A DNA stretch of 64,000 nucleotides from Verrucomicrobiia bacterium (GTDB lineage: Bacteria > Verrucomicrobiota > Verrucomicrobiia > Limisphaerales > Palsa-1400), in the NCBI GenBank assembly GCA_036272955.1, contig DATAXU010000026.1, positions 1,419-65,418 of the forward strand, read 5' to 3'. The notes below the pieces were generated by a model. The model was given only the letters and a program-made list of their open reading frames with translations. It searched no databases and was not told the DNA's origin. Positions 34,551 through 44,595 of the stretch are shown here, piece by piece (position 1 is the first letter of the stretch; every line of letters starts with the position of its first letter). A program made the position numbers and the translations under genes.

Positions 34551-35657
34551 TCAATTATTCTTCACGAAAAGTTTTCCCGGCAATTGCCGAATCAGTCGTT
34601 TCATCTCCAATCCCAGCAACGCCACCGACACCGCCGACGGAGCCAATCCGCTTCGGCGAATCACTTCATCGATGGCGCTTTCCTCATTGCTCAGCGCGTC
34701 GTAAACGGATTGCTCGGACGTTGACAAAGTAAACGCCGGCATCTCCGTCGCGTCCTTCAACATCGAAGGGCGGTTGCTGGACGGAAATAAATATTCAAAC
34801 TCGCACAAAATGTCCTCCGCCCCTTCACACAACTTCGCCCCTTTCTTGATGAGGTCGTGGCACCCCTTGCTGCGCGGCGAGTCGATGCGTCCCGGCACCG
34901 CAAATACTTGACGCCCGTTTTCGACCGCCATCCCCGCCGTGATCAACGCTCCGCTGGTCATGTTCGCCTCGACCACCAGCGTCCCCAGCGTCATCCCCGC
35001 CACAATCCGGTTGCGAATGGGGAACCCTTGTTTGTCCGCCTTTCGGTTGAATGGAAATTGCGTGATGACCGCCCCCTGCGCCGCGATGCGCTCGAACAAT
35101 TCAACATTCTCCGCCGGAAAAATCAGGTTGATGCCCGTACCCAGCACCGCGATCGTCCGCCCTTTGGAATGCAACGCCCCCTGATGCGCCGCCGTATCGA
35201 TCCCGCGTGCCCCCCCGCTGACCACCGTGACCCCGACATACGCCAATTGGTGCGCCAGCTTTCGCGCCGTCTCCACCCCGTAATGCGTCGTCATGCGCGA
35301 GCCGACAATCGCCACGCCGTTCTTGTCCCTCGCCAGCAACGTCCCGCGCACATAAAGCACAATGGGCGGATCATAAATCTGCCGCAGCAACTCCGGATAA
35401 TTTTCGTCCGACTGGATGACAATGTTGCACCCAAATTTCTCGATCCGTTCGATCTCCCCGCGCAGGTCGATATCCTTTTCCCAACCGGTGATGGCCGCCG
35501 CCAGTTCCTGTCCGATCCCCGGCACCTTCTGCAATTTCGAGCCCGAGGCGCCAAGGATCGCCGGCGCATCGGCAAAATGCTCAAGCAAATGCCGCACGCG
35601 CACCGGCCCGATGCCCTCGATCAGGTTCAAGGCAATAAGTGCTTCGCGGGAGTCCAC
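34551..35657 (-). CDS. dprA: DNA-processing protein DprA (Smf)
   Basis: 368 aa. It has an N-terminal SAM-like LIALNLIEGIGPVRVRHLL, a Rossmann core VAIVGSRMTTHYG...VVSGGARGIDTAAHQGAL and a GRIDSPRSKGCHDLIKKGAKL tail. The start codon is GTG. Confidence 0.93.
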   Translation of the reverse strand: MDSREALIALNLIEGIGPVRVRHLLEHFADAPAILGASGSKLQKVPGIGQELAAAITGWEKDIDLRGEIERIEKFGCNIVIQSDENYPELLRQIYDPPIVLYVRGTLLARDKNGVAIVGSRMTTHYGVETARKLAHQLAYVGVTVVSGGARGIDTAAHQGALHSKGRTIAVLGTGINLIFPAENVELFERIAAQGAVITQFPFNRKADKQGFPIRNRIVAGMTLGTLVVEANMTSGALITAGMAVENGRQVFAVPGRIDSPRSKGCHDLIKKGAKLCEGAEDILCEFEYLFPSSNRPSMLKDATEMPAFTLSTSEQSVYDALSNEESAIDEVIRRSGLAPSAVSVALLGLEMKRLIRQLPGKLFVKNN

Positions 35658-35728
35658 AAACGGAGGAAACAGTTTTTTCGTCTTCGGGGCAAGCTGTTTG
35701 AATCAACATTCCAAAAAGATCTGGTAAA

Positions 35729-35763
35729 TTCCCATAATATGTGGGAATACCTATAAAGGTGAA
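35729..35763 (-). promoter_or_regulatory. Candidate sigma70-like promoter for dprA with overlapping palindrome TTCCCA-N7-TGGGAA
   Basis: The minus strand reads TTCACC-18 nt-TATTAT (plus coordinates 35758-35763 and 35734-35739). The inverted repeat TTCCCAtaatatgTGGGAA (35729-35747) brackets the -10 element, about 70-105 nt upstream of the dprA start. This is pattern-based only. Confidence 0.25.
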
Positions 35764-35937
35764 GCCGACATGCGGATATCGGGCGGAAAGGGGCGAAACA
35801 GCCAGGCGCGACTTTACGGTCAAAGCGTCAAGACCCGATCAAATCTCTCAAAACGTGCCTAATTCTAACCTAACATATTCTGGCGCAAATGGTTACAACA
35901 AATTCCCGTCCTCATCAAGTCCGACCGGGCCGCACCA

Positions 35938-35977
35938 AATCAAGTCAAATCAAGCCCAATCAAGGCTAATCAAGCTT
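35938..35977. repeat. Four 10-bp-phased direct repeats with invariant core AATCAAG
   Basis: AAATCAAGTC / AAATCAAGCC / CAATCAAGGC / TAATCAAGCT. The cores are at 35938-44, 35948-54, 35958-64 and 35968-74. The last copy overlaps the cgs stop codon (35970-35972). Confidence 0.85.
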
Positions 35978-38900
35978 GTTGAGTGGCCGCGAGGTACTTC
36001 TGGCTTTTGCTGTTCCCGTCCCCGCCGCCTACCCGGCATTCCACGAAATGTTCGCGCCGGTCGTCCACTAACGGGATCGTTTTACCGCCAAGCTCGTTCC
36101 CGTCCAGGACCAGGTCCATCGCCTCCGCCCAATCCGCGGCGTGCCGGGAGATCGTGATGTGATAAACGGTGTTCCGATAGCGGTAGTGGATTTTGTAACT
36201 CTCCCAGTTTTTCGGGAATCGCGGGGTGAGATGCAGTTGGTCCCCCGCAATGTTTGCGCCGAGCAATGTTTCGACCAGCAGCCGGTACATCCACCCCGCC
36301 GACCCGGTGTACCACGTCCAGCCGCCGCGGCCGGTATGCGGCGCTTCGCCATAAACGTCCGCCGCGATCACATACGGCTCCACTTTGTAGGTGCCGATTT
36401 GCTTGGCGGAGGCACCGTGACGGACGGGATTAAGCAGCGTGAAAAGTTCCCAGGCGCGCTCCGTTTCGCCCATCAGCGCATAGGCCATCACAGTCCAAAT
36501 CGCGCCGTGGGTGTATTGGCCGCCGTTCTCCCGCACGCCGGGGATGTAGCCCTTGATGTAACCCGGATTGAGCGCGGAATGGTCGAAGGGCGGGTCAAAC
36601 AATTGAATCAGTCCCGCGTCCCGCCGCACAAGGCGTTCATCCACCGATTGCATTGCCCGTCGCGAGCGCGACCCTTCCCCAGCGCCACTGATGACCGACC
36701 AGCTTTGCGGCAGCGAATCGATCTGGCATTCCTGGTTGGTATGCGAGCCGAGCGGTTCGCCGTTGTCAAAATAGGCGCGCCGATACCATTCGCCGTCCCA
36801 GGCGTGAAGCTCGATGTTCTGTTGCAATTCGCGCGCCTGGGCCACGCATTTCTCCGCGAAGGCCGGGTCGCCGTGCCCGCGCGCCAATTCCGCGAATTGC
36901 GTCAGCACGTCAAACAAAAAGAAAGCCAGCCAGACGCTTTCGCCTTTTCCCTGTTCGCCCACCTTGTTCATTCCATCATTCCAGTCCCCGCAGCCGATCA
37001 AGGGCAACCCGTGTTCGCCAAAGCGCAACCCGTTTTCGATCGCCCGCACGCAATGCTGGTAGAGTGTCGCCGATTCCTCGGAGCGATTGGGCAGATCATA
37101 ATAGGATTCCTCCTCCGGCTTGAGCGGGCGCCCCTGGAGGAACGAAATTTTTTCATCGAGCACCCCCGTGTCCGCCAGGCACGAAACGTAGCGGCACGTC
37201 GCGTAAGGCAGCCACAGGTAATCGTCGGAAAAATGCGTTCGCACGCCGCGCCCCCCCGGCGGATGCCACCAATGCTGCACGTCCCCCTCGCGGAATTGCC
37301 GCGACGCCGCCCGCAGCAAATGCTCCCGTGTAAGCGCCGGTTCCGCGTGAACCAGCGCCATGACATCCTGCAATTGATCGCGAAATCCAAAAGCCCCGCC
37401 GGATTGATAGAAACCCGTCCGCCCCCAAAGCCGGCAGCTCAGGGTCTGGTACAAAAGCCAGCCATTTGCCAATACATTCACGGACGGATCCGGTGTGTCC
37501 ACATTGACCGCCCCAAGCGTTCGATTCCAGTAAGACCAGACACCTGCCAGCGCCGTGCGGCTTGCGTCCGCCCAGCGAAATCGCCGTATCAGGTTCTGCA
37601 CCTCACCTACGTTGCGGCCAAGCCCGAGCCGAAAACTGGTTTCACGCTCCTGGCCTTCCGGCAGATTAAACACGACCTGCATTGCCCCGCACGGATCCAG
37701 CCCGGCGCCGGCTTTTCCGGAAAGCCGGACGCGTTTCATCGCCGCCGGCTGCGCCAGCGATCCATTCCTGCCAATGAACTCCTTGCGATCTCCCGTCACC
37801 GTTCGCGCTGTGTCATTGACATCGAGGAAGGCGATGCGATCCGGGAATTCGCTGTTGTAATAATTGCGCGCCAGCAGCCCTCCCGTCTTGAGGTCCACTT
37901 CCGTTTGCACGTGCAGCAGCCCCTTTTGCCTCAAGTCCCCCAGCACCCATTCGCAATAGTTGGTGACGGACAGCCGTCGCGGCCGCCCCGAAATATTTCG
38001 CAATTTCAGCACCGTAAACTTGACAGGAGCGTCCATCGCCACATAGACCCACAACTCGGAGGCAATCCCATTTTCCGTGTGTTCGAACACGGTGTAACCA
38101 AAACCGTGGCGCGTCACGTAAGGCGTCGCCCCGCGCGCCGGCAACGGCGTCGGCGACCAGAATTGCCCCGTCTGCTCATCGCGAATGTAAAGCGCCTCGC
38201 CGGCCGGGTCCTGCACCGGATCGTCGCTCCACGGTGTCAAACGAAACTCGTGCGAATTCTCCGCCCAGGTGTAACCGGACCCGCTCTCGGAAACGAGCGT
38301 CCCGAAATTCGGATTGGCCAGCACGTTGACCCACGGCGCGGGCGTCACGTGTCCCGGTTCCAGCGTGATGACGTACTCGTGGCCGTCGCGGGTAAAACCG
38401 CCCAGCCCATTGCGGAAAATCAAATCGCGCTGGGGCAGGGGAGTACGCGACTCAACGGGCGCGGAGCGCGTCGGCGTCAACAGTGCAATCGAAGGATCCA
38501 AAACGCTTCGATGCTGGATTTGTTCGGCCAAAGTGCCCTTCTCATCGTCCAGCACAATTCTCGCAGCCGATTGCAACAGCAGACGGTCATCATTGGGAAT
38601 TTGGTCCAGCCTCCTCACAAAAATCCCGCCTGGCCGGTCGAGCATGTTCGCTTCAAGCCCGGCGGCGATCAGGCTCGTGATTTGGTCCTGCAAGGATTGC
38701 CGGTAAACCGAAACGTCCTCGTTCAAAATCACCAGTTCCACCGGCAACCCTTTGATGCGCCAGTAGGAATGCGCCTGCACGAGCTGCCGGACAATCCCGA
38801 TCTTCGAATGGTCGCTGATCCGCAGCACAACAATCGGCGCATCGCCGGAAATGCCATAACTCCAAAGCCCGCTCTGCCCGCGCCGGTTATTGAGCAACAC

Positions 38901-41900
38901 GCTCGGATTCGCACGGCGTGCCGGGTCGGCATAAATCAGCGCACCGGCCAGCCGGCCATAAAGTTGCGCCTCCGCTTCCGTGGCGTCCAGTTGTCGCAGC
39001 GTCACCTGGCTGTGCGTCCACGCCAGGTCAAATGCCCGGTCGGCCATCCGCGGGCTTTGGTATTTTTCCACTTGCGCCACCGCCGCCTCCCGGCTTTCGG
39101 TCACGCCGATCACCAGGTCCACGGTCGCCGTTTGATTCGCCGCCACCGTGACAGTGCGCCGCAGCGAAATGATCGGGTCGAGGACGGAGCCAACTGTATT
39201 GGACAACGGCGAAACGCCCTGCATCGCGGCGGGTTTTGCAGGTGTCCTGCCCCGGCCGACAAATTTGAAACGATCCGTCTCGCAGGAGATTTCCCCCTGT
39301 TCGCCCCCGTGCCCGACCATCAGGTGCAACAACCACGGCGGCCTCTCCTCCGGCGATCGGGCGCGTCGCGTGCAAAGAATCGCGGAGGATTTCCGCGCAA
39401 ATTCCGTCTGCACAAAAAGATTGCTGAACGCCGGATGCGCCGCGTCCGCCGCCGGCGCCGTGAGCACGACTTCCGCATAACTCGTCAGTTCGATGGTCCG
39501 CGCCGCGGACGAGCGATTGGTGATCTTGATGCGCCGCAATTCCACGTCGTCTTCCGGCGAAACCGCGATTTCCGTGTGAATTTCCAGGTCCAAATGGCGC
39601 TGCCGAAATTCCGCGCGAGACTGGGAGAAAATCGCTTCGTACCCCTTGGTCGCGCGCAACGTCGGCTGGTAAGCGGTGGACCAAAACTCTCCCGTCGCCA
39701 CATCGCGCAGGTAAACAAACGTCCCCCACGAATCGCACGTGGAATCCTCGCGCCACCGCGTGACCCCAAGGTCGTGCCACCGGCTATAGCCGCCCCCCGC
39801 GCTGCTGATGACCACGTGGTAACGCCCGTTGGACAAAAGGTGGACTTCCGGCGATGGCGTTGCGGGATTGTTGAACACCCGCATCGCCGCCTCCCCGGTG
39901 CCGGCAAGGACGCGCGTGTCCTCCAATTTCAAATCTTCCGCCAGCACCCCCGCTCCCGTCTTCGGCACGCGCTCCTGCAACAACAGGTCGGCCGCCTTGA
40001 GCAGCGGACAATTCATAAAGCGCCGCTGCATCGAGCGTTGTCGCAACAAATTCGCCAGCGCCAGCAAGCTCATCCCCTGGTGGTGCGCCATGAACGATTG
40101 GATCGTCACGCTCGTATCATCCGGTGGGAGTCGCGATGGCGTGTAATCGACCGCTTCGTAAAGTCCGTAAGCTCCTTCACGCCCTTCCGCGGTCAGCCGT
40201 TGCAAATTTTCGCAGGCGTGCCGCGGCGCCACCATCAACGCCATCGCTGTGGCGTAAGGCGCGATGACCAGGTCCTCGGCCAATCCCCGTTTCAAACCCA
40301 GTCCCGGCACCCCGAATGCGCGGTACTGGTAATTCAGTTGAACATCCGTCCGGTTGTAGCCCGATTCCGAAATTCCCCACGGCACACCGCGAAATCGCCC
40401 GTACTCGATTTGTTGCTGCACCGCCGCCTGGCACGTGTGATCGAGCAGCGTGTTCTCGTAATTCGGCATCACCAGCAGCGGCATCAAATACTCGAACATC
40501 GAGCCGCTCCACGAGACGAGCGTCGGCTCCCCTCGCGACGCGACGAGCAGGCGCCCCAGCGAAAACCAATGGTCCTGCGGAACCTGCCCCAGGGCAATCG
40601 CCACGTAACTCCCAAGGCGCGCTTCCGAAGCCAGCAAATCATAGAAGCTCCCGTCGCACCGGCGTTCAGCCACGTTGAATCCGATTGAAAACAAAGCCCT
40701 CATCGGATCGAACAGGAACGTAAAATCCATCACCGCGAGTTCCTCGCATTGCGCCGCCAGCGTTTCCAACGCAACCAGCCGCTCACGCGCAGGATCGGCC
40801 TGCGCCAGTTCGCGCAAGGTCGGCGCCTTCTGGTTCCATTGCGCGGGCTGTTCCTCACCGGGTACTGCCAGCCACGGCATCAGGAATTGCATCTCCTCCA
40901 AATGTTCATCGCAATTCCGCTTCAACGCCAGCGCCCACGTTTTGATTTCGTCCGACTGGTTCGCTAGCGAAGCGGAAATCTCGGCCGCCTGCTGCGCCGC
41001 CTTCTGCAACAACGCAAACGCCGCCCGCGGGTTTGTTGGCGCCAGTCCTAATTCCCTGTCGAGGCGGGCCAGTGGGATGCTGTCCTGGGTCAAGTCCCGA
41101 AGAATGCGCAAGGTGTCCCGCAGACCTTCAAATAATTGCGGCGTGAAAATCGGCTGGTCGCATTCCTCCCGCAGTCCGGAGCCGAGTGTCAACAAATGTC
41201 CCGCCAGGTTGCCGCTATCGACGCTCGATATATAGAGCGGCAGCAGGGGCCGCAACGTTCGCGTGTCATACCAATTGTAAAAATGCCCGCGGTACTTTTC
41301 CAGCCGTAGCATCGTGGAGAGGCCATCGTGCGTGCGCTGAATCAGGCCGCGCCCCGACAAATACCCGAAATCCCGCGCGGCCAGGTTGGCCAGAAGGGAG
41401 AGGCCCATGTTCGTCGGCGAAGTCCGCGACGCAATCGTGGGCACCGGCGCCTCCTGAAAATTATCCGGCGGCAGCCAGTTTTCTTTCTCGGTGACAAACG
41501 TCTCGAAGAAATGCCATGTTTTGCGGGAGACACTTCGAAGAAAGTTGATTTGCCGTTCCGTCAGATCGAGCGGCAGAATTTCAATCGGCTGGCTGATCCG
41601 CCACGCAATCCACGGAGCCGCCAGCCACAAACCAAGCAGCGGCGCCGCGCAAATCAACGACGTGGACTCGGCGGCAGCCAGGACAATTCCGATCGCCAGC
41701 GCCAGCGCCGGCTCGATCCACATCGTCCCGTAAAAAGCGGCCAGATCGGAGCGCGTGGTCCGTTCGGAATCGCTCGTCGTTTTCCATTCGAGAAGCCGCT
41801 TGTGCGTCACCAGCAGGCGCAACAGAGTTCTTCCAATGGCGTCCAGGCTCATGAACGCGTCGTACGGCAGAAACGCCAGCGTCAGCAGAATCTGTGCAAG

Positions 41901-44552
41901 CTGCCGCGCGCAAGACGCTCCGCCGTTTCTCAGGTGCATCATCCACGGCGAATCGTCCGGCTTGCCAAACAGGCTGCCCACCGCCGGCAGCAGGCCCGGC
42001 AGGGCGATGATAAAAAGTACAAGGAGCGATCCCAACCCGCCCAGTTCGGGAACAAGCAGCCACGTCCCCACGATCAAAATCATCAGCGCGATCGGCACCA
42101 GGCTTCGCCGCAGGTTGTCGAGAATTTTCCATTGCGAAAGCGCCGAGAGTGGGTTGGCGATGCGCCGCGCATCCGAGCCGGGGACACGCGGCAAAAGCCA
42201 TTGCGTGATCTGCCAATCGCCGCGGATCCAACGGTGCCGCCGGCTGATATCGACATTATAGCGCCACGGATATTCCTCGTAAAATTCCACGTCGCTCACC
42301 AACGCCGAACGCGCATGGCACGACTCCAGCAGGTCGTGGCTCAGGATTGTGTTCTCGGGGAAACGTCCGTCCATCGCCCGCTGGAACGCGTCAAGATCGT
42401 AAATTCCCTTCCCGATAAACGAACCTTCCTTGAAAACATCCTGGTACACGTCCGACACCGCCCGCGTGTAGGGATCGATGCCCGCCTCGCCCGCGAAAAG
42501 CCGCACAAACCACGACCGCCGCGCGTTCGGCAGGCTCACCCCGACCCGTGGCTGGAGAATGCTGTAGCCCTCCGCCACGATCCCGCGCGCGTCGTCGAAC
42601 ACTGGCCGGTTCAGCGGATGCGCCATCGTTCCGGCAAGCGCCCGGGCGGCGTCGCGCGGAAGCAGCGTGTCGGTGTCGAGCGTGATGATGTATTTGATCG
42701 GCGGCAGGGTGGACATGTCCCCAACGATCTCGGAAAAGGACTCGCGCGCGCCGCCGCGCAAAAGCGCGTTCAACTCCGTGAGTTTTCCGCGTTTGCGTTC
42801 GTAACCCATCCACAATCCCTCGCCGGCATTCCAGCGGCGCGGACGGTGGAACAGGAAAAAGAGGTTCTCCGTCGCGGCATATTTCCGGTTCAACATTTCC
42901 ACTCCGGCCTTCGCCCTTTGCACAAGCGCTTCGTCGGCTGGCTCGATCTCCTCGGTCGCGTCGCGAAAATCCGTCAACAGCGCAAAGTGAAGGTGCTGGT
43001 CCCGATTTGCCAGGTGATGAATCTCCAATGTCTCGATGAGCCGGTCAACGCCCTCCAGGCTTGTCAGCATGGTCGGCACCACGACCATCGTGCGGCAATC
43101 CGGGGCGATGCCCTCGGAAAAATCCAATCGCGGCAGCAGCCGCGGTTGCACGAGCAACATGGAGAGCCAGTTCATCACCGCCACCGCCAGTTGGCTCGCG
43201 CAAAGGAAAAAAACGGCGCTGAAAAAAACCAATTGCCACCCCGCCACTCGCAACGCTTCCGCTTCGCGCACAAACCCAAATGTCGCCAGCAACGTCAGCA
43301 CCCCAATCCCGCCCGCATAAAACGCCATCGGAAATCGTTGGATGCCGCGTTCGATTACCGTTTGCCAAGGCCAGCGCATGTTGGTTGCGCGCGCGAGCGC
43401 GGCGTGGCCCTTGTCGATCAAATAATATCCCACATGGGCGGTCCGGTGGTCGCGCCCATTTTCACGCGCGCCCTCGGCCGCCATTTGCACGGCTTGCCGC
43501 GCGACGTCTTCCTCCGAATGAGGACTGTATCGCGCCATAAACTCCACCGCATGGCGGTACCGGTCGCGTGTCGCAAAATTCATCCCGGCGAAAACGTCCC
43601 CGTCCCCCGAACGCAAAGCCTTTTCCACAAGGCTCAGGTTTTCCACAAAACCCTTCCAATCCATCGCGCTCAAAAAACGAAGGCTTCCAATGCTATGGCT
43701 GACAGAAACCTGGTCCGCCGCCTGGCTTTGGCTTTCCAATTGGATCAGTTGTTCGATGGTCACCCCTTGCTCCCCGAGCCGCTGTTCCAGCCAGCTTCGC
43801 GCCAGGTGCAGCGCCGGGGATTGCCGCGTCAAACGCTGGGAGAATTCCGCCACAAACGAACTGGAAAGGTTGAGGTTGGATTTCGCCATGTCCGCCACCA
43901 CCACGACAAGCCCCGAAGGCGTGCGCTCCGCCATGTCCTGCAAACGGTCCACCCACAAATCCGCCGCGTCGCGGTCTTCCCGCCCCAACGTCAAACGGCT
44001 CGTCACGCGCTGCAGGTTTTCGATCAGCCCCAGCCGCAACATAATGGGGATCGCCCACAATTCGCCGAGCTTTAGCGGCGCCACCGTTTGATAAGCAGTG
44101 ATGAAAGCGCTCAGCGACACCGTGTCGATCTGCGCGTCCACGTGCGAGATCAATTCGAGCACAAGATCATAGACGCGCGGCAACCCCGCGTTGGGACCAT
44201 CCACGAGGCGCGGCAGTTCCCGGCTGTAACCGCGAGGCAAATGCCGCCGCGCGAGTTGGATTTGTTCTTCGATCAGGTAGAAATTATCCAGAAGCCACTC
44301 CGCCGCCGGTGTGATGCGGCGGTTGGGATTTACGGCGAAGGTCGAGCGGTTGTAGGCCCGCAACACATTCTCGTTGCGGCTCAACCTGGCAAGCAGGCGA
44401 TTGGAACCCTTTCGCGTTTCGATTCGGTGGCTGGCCGCCAGCGTCTGGGCATGGCGCGCCAATTGCTCGGTGCCGAACAATTCCGCCCTGAGCGGCAGCT
44501 CGTCTCCATTCGTGCGCGAACGTGCCTCCGCGATCCAATTTTGAAATCCCAC
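35970..44552 (-). CDS. cgs: Cyclic beta-1,2-glucan synthase (Cgs/NdvB/ChvB family; GT84 glycosyltransferase + GH94 phosphorylase-like domains)
   Basis: 2860 aa, the size of Brucella Cgs and rhizobial NdvB. The N-terminus ...LRAELFGTEQLARHAQTLA...ITPAAEWLLDNFYLIEEQIQLARRHLPRGYSRELPRL, the TM block, the GT region (TLDTDTLLPRDAA..., RHRWIRGDWQ) and the C-terminal GH94-like region (GGWTWYTGSAGWMYRL) are colinear with that family. The start codon is GTG. Confidence 0.9.
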   Translation of the reverse strand: MGFQNWIAEARSRTNGDELPLRAELFGTEQLARHAQTLAASHRIETRKGSNRLLARLSRNENVLRAYNRSTFAVNPNRRITPAAEWLLDNFYLIEEQIQLARRHLPRGYSRELPRLVDGPNAGLPRVYDLVLELISHVDAQIDTVSLSAFITAYQTVAPLKLGELWAIPIMLRLGLIENLQRVTSRLTLGREDRDAADLWVDRLQDMAERTPSGLVVVVADMAKSNLNLSSSFVAEFSQRLTRQSPALHLARSWLEQRLGEQGVTIEQLIQLESQSQAADQVSVSHSIGSLRFLSAMDWKGFVENLSLVEKALRSGDGDVFAGMNFATRDRYRHAVEFMARYSPHSEEDVARQAVQMAAEGARENGRDHRTAHVGYYLIDKGHAALARATNMRWPWQTVIERGIQRFPMAFYAGGIGVLTLLATFGFVREAEALRVAGWQLVFFSAVFFLCASQLAVAVMNWLSMLLVQPRLLPRLDFSEGIAPDCRTMVVVPTMLTSLEGVDRLIETLEIHHLANRDQHLHFALLTDFRDATEEIEPADEALVQRAKAGVEMLNRKYAATENLFFLFHRPRRWNAGEGLWMGYERKRGKLTELNALLRGGARESFSEIVGDMSTLPPIKYIITLDTDTLLPRDAARALAGTMAHPLNRPVFDDARGIVAEGYSILQPRVGVSLPNARRSWFVRLFAGEAGIDPYTRAVSDVYQDVFKEGSFIGKGIYDLDAFQRAMDGRFPENTILSHDLLESCHARSALVSDVEFYEEYPWRYNVDISRRHRWIRGDWQITQWLLPRVPGSDARRIANPLSALSQWKILDNLRRSLVPIALMILIVGTWLLVPELGGLGSLLVLFIIALPGLLPAVGSLFGKPDDSPWMMHLRNGGASCARQLAQILLTLAFLPYDAFMSLDAIGRTLLRLLVTHKRLLEWKTTSDSERTTRSDLAAFYGTMWIEPALALAIGIVLAAAESTSLICAAPLLGLWLAAPWIAWRISQPIEILPLDLTERQINFLRSVSRKTWHFFETFVTEKENWLPPDNFQEAPVPTIASRTSPTNMGLSLLANLAARDFGYLSGRGLIQRTHDGLSTMLRLEKYRGHFYNWYDTRTLRPLLPLYISSVDSGNLAGHLLTLGSGLREECDQPIFTPQLFEGLRDTLRILRDLTQDSIPLARLDRELGLAPTNPRAAFALLQKAAQQAAEISASLANQSDEIKTWALALKRNCDEHLEEMQFLMPWLAVPGEEQPAQWNQKAPTLRELAQADPARERLVALETLAAQCEELAVMDFTFLFDPMRALFSIGFNVAERRCDGSFYDLLASEARLGSYVAIALGQVPQDHWFSLGRLLVASRGEPTLVSWSGSMFEYLMPLLVMPNYENTLLDHTCQAAVQQQIEYGRFRGVPWGISESGYNRTDVQLNYQYRAFGVPGLGLKRGLAEDLVIAPYATAMALMVAPRHACENLQRLTAEGREGAYGLYEAVDYTPSRLPPDDTSVTIQSFMAHHQGMSLLALANLLRQRSMQRRFMNCPLLKAADLLLQERVPKTGAGVLAEDLKLEDTRVLAGTGEAAMRVFNNPATPSPEVHLLSNGRYHVVISSAGGGYSRWHDLGVTRWREDSTCDSWGTFVYLRDVATGEFWSTAYQPTLRATKGYEAIFSQSRAEFRQRHLDLEIHTEIAVSPEDDVELRRIKITNRSSAARTIELTSYAEVVLTAPAADAAHPAFSNLFVQTEFARKSSAILCTRRARSPEERPPWLLHLMVGHGGEQGEISCETDRFKFVGRGRTPAKPAAMQGVSPLSNTVGSVLDPIISLRRTVTVAANQTATVDLVIGVTESREAAVAQVEKYQSPRMADRAFDLAWTHSQVTLRQLDATEAEAQLYGRLAGALIYADPARRANPSVLLNNRRGQSGLWSYGISGDAPIVVLRISDHSKIGIVRQLVQAHSYWRIKGLPVELVILNEDVSVYRQSLQDQITSLIAAGLEANMLDRPGGIFVRRLDQIPNDDRLLLQSAARIVLDDEKGTLAEQIQHRSVLDPSIALLTPTRSAPVESRTPLPQRDLIFRNGLGGFTRDGHEYVITLEPGHVTPAPWVNVLANPNFGTLVSESGSGYTWAENSHEFRLTPWSDDPVQDPAGEALYIRDEQTGQFWSPTPLPARGATPYVTRHGFGYTVFEHTENGIASELWVYVAMDAPVKFTVLKLRNISGRPRRLSVTNYCEWVLGDLRQKGLLHVQTEVDLKTGGLLARNYYNSEFPDRIAFLDVNDTARTVTGDRKEFIGRNGSLAQPAAMKRVRLSGKAGAGLDPCGAMQVVFNLPEGQERETSFRLGLGRNVGEVQNLIRRFRWADASRTALAGVWSYWNRTLGAVNVDTPDPSVNVLANGWLLYQTLSCRLWGRTGFYQSGGAFGFRDQLQDVMALVHAEPALTREHLLRAASRQFREGDVQHWWHPPGGRGVRTHFSDDYLWLPYATCRYVSCLADTGVLDEKISFLQGRPLKPEEESYYDLPNRSEESATLYQHCVRAIENGLRFGEHGLPLIGCGDWNDGMNKVGEQGKGESVWLAFFLFDVLTQFAELARGHGDPAFAEKCVAQARELQQNIELHAWDGEWYRRAYFDNGEPLGSHTNQECQIDSLPQSWSVISGAGEGSRSRRAMQSVDERLVRRDAGLIQLFDPPFDHSALNPGYIKGYIPGVRENGGQYTHGAIWTVMAYALMGETERAWELFTLLNPVRHGASAKQIGTYKVEPYVIAADVYGEAPHTGRGGWTWYTGSAGWMYRLLVETLLGANIAGDQLHLTPRFPKNWESYKIHYRYRNTVYHITISRHAADWAEAMDLVLDGNELGGKTIPLVDDRREHFVECRVGGGDGNSKSQKYLAATQQA

Positions 44553-44595
44553 GACCCCATGATGCCTTAATTTCCCGCTATCAGACAGTTAGGTG

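Noticed and set aside
36141-40688. 1515-aa ORF on the + strand, antisense to the glucan synthase gene
   Set aside because: Its codons are the exact in-register reverse complement of the cgs codons (44552-36143 is divisible by 3). A stop in this frame needs a sense TTA, CTA or TCA codon, and this GC-biased gene avoids those. The translation is Arg/Pro/Ala-rich with no motifs, whereas the sense frame matches the Cgs/NdvB family end to end. The only residual oddity is how strongly cgs avoids those three codons, which a codon-usage comparison with the rest of the genome could quantify.
41328-44075. 915-aa + strand ORF antisense to the 5' half of cgs (plus 44088-44570)
   Set aside because: Same in-register antisense frame and same explanation as above.
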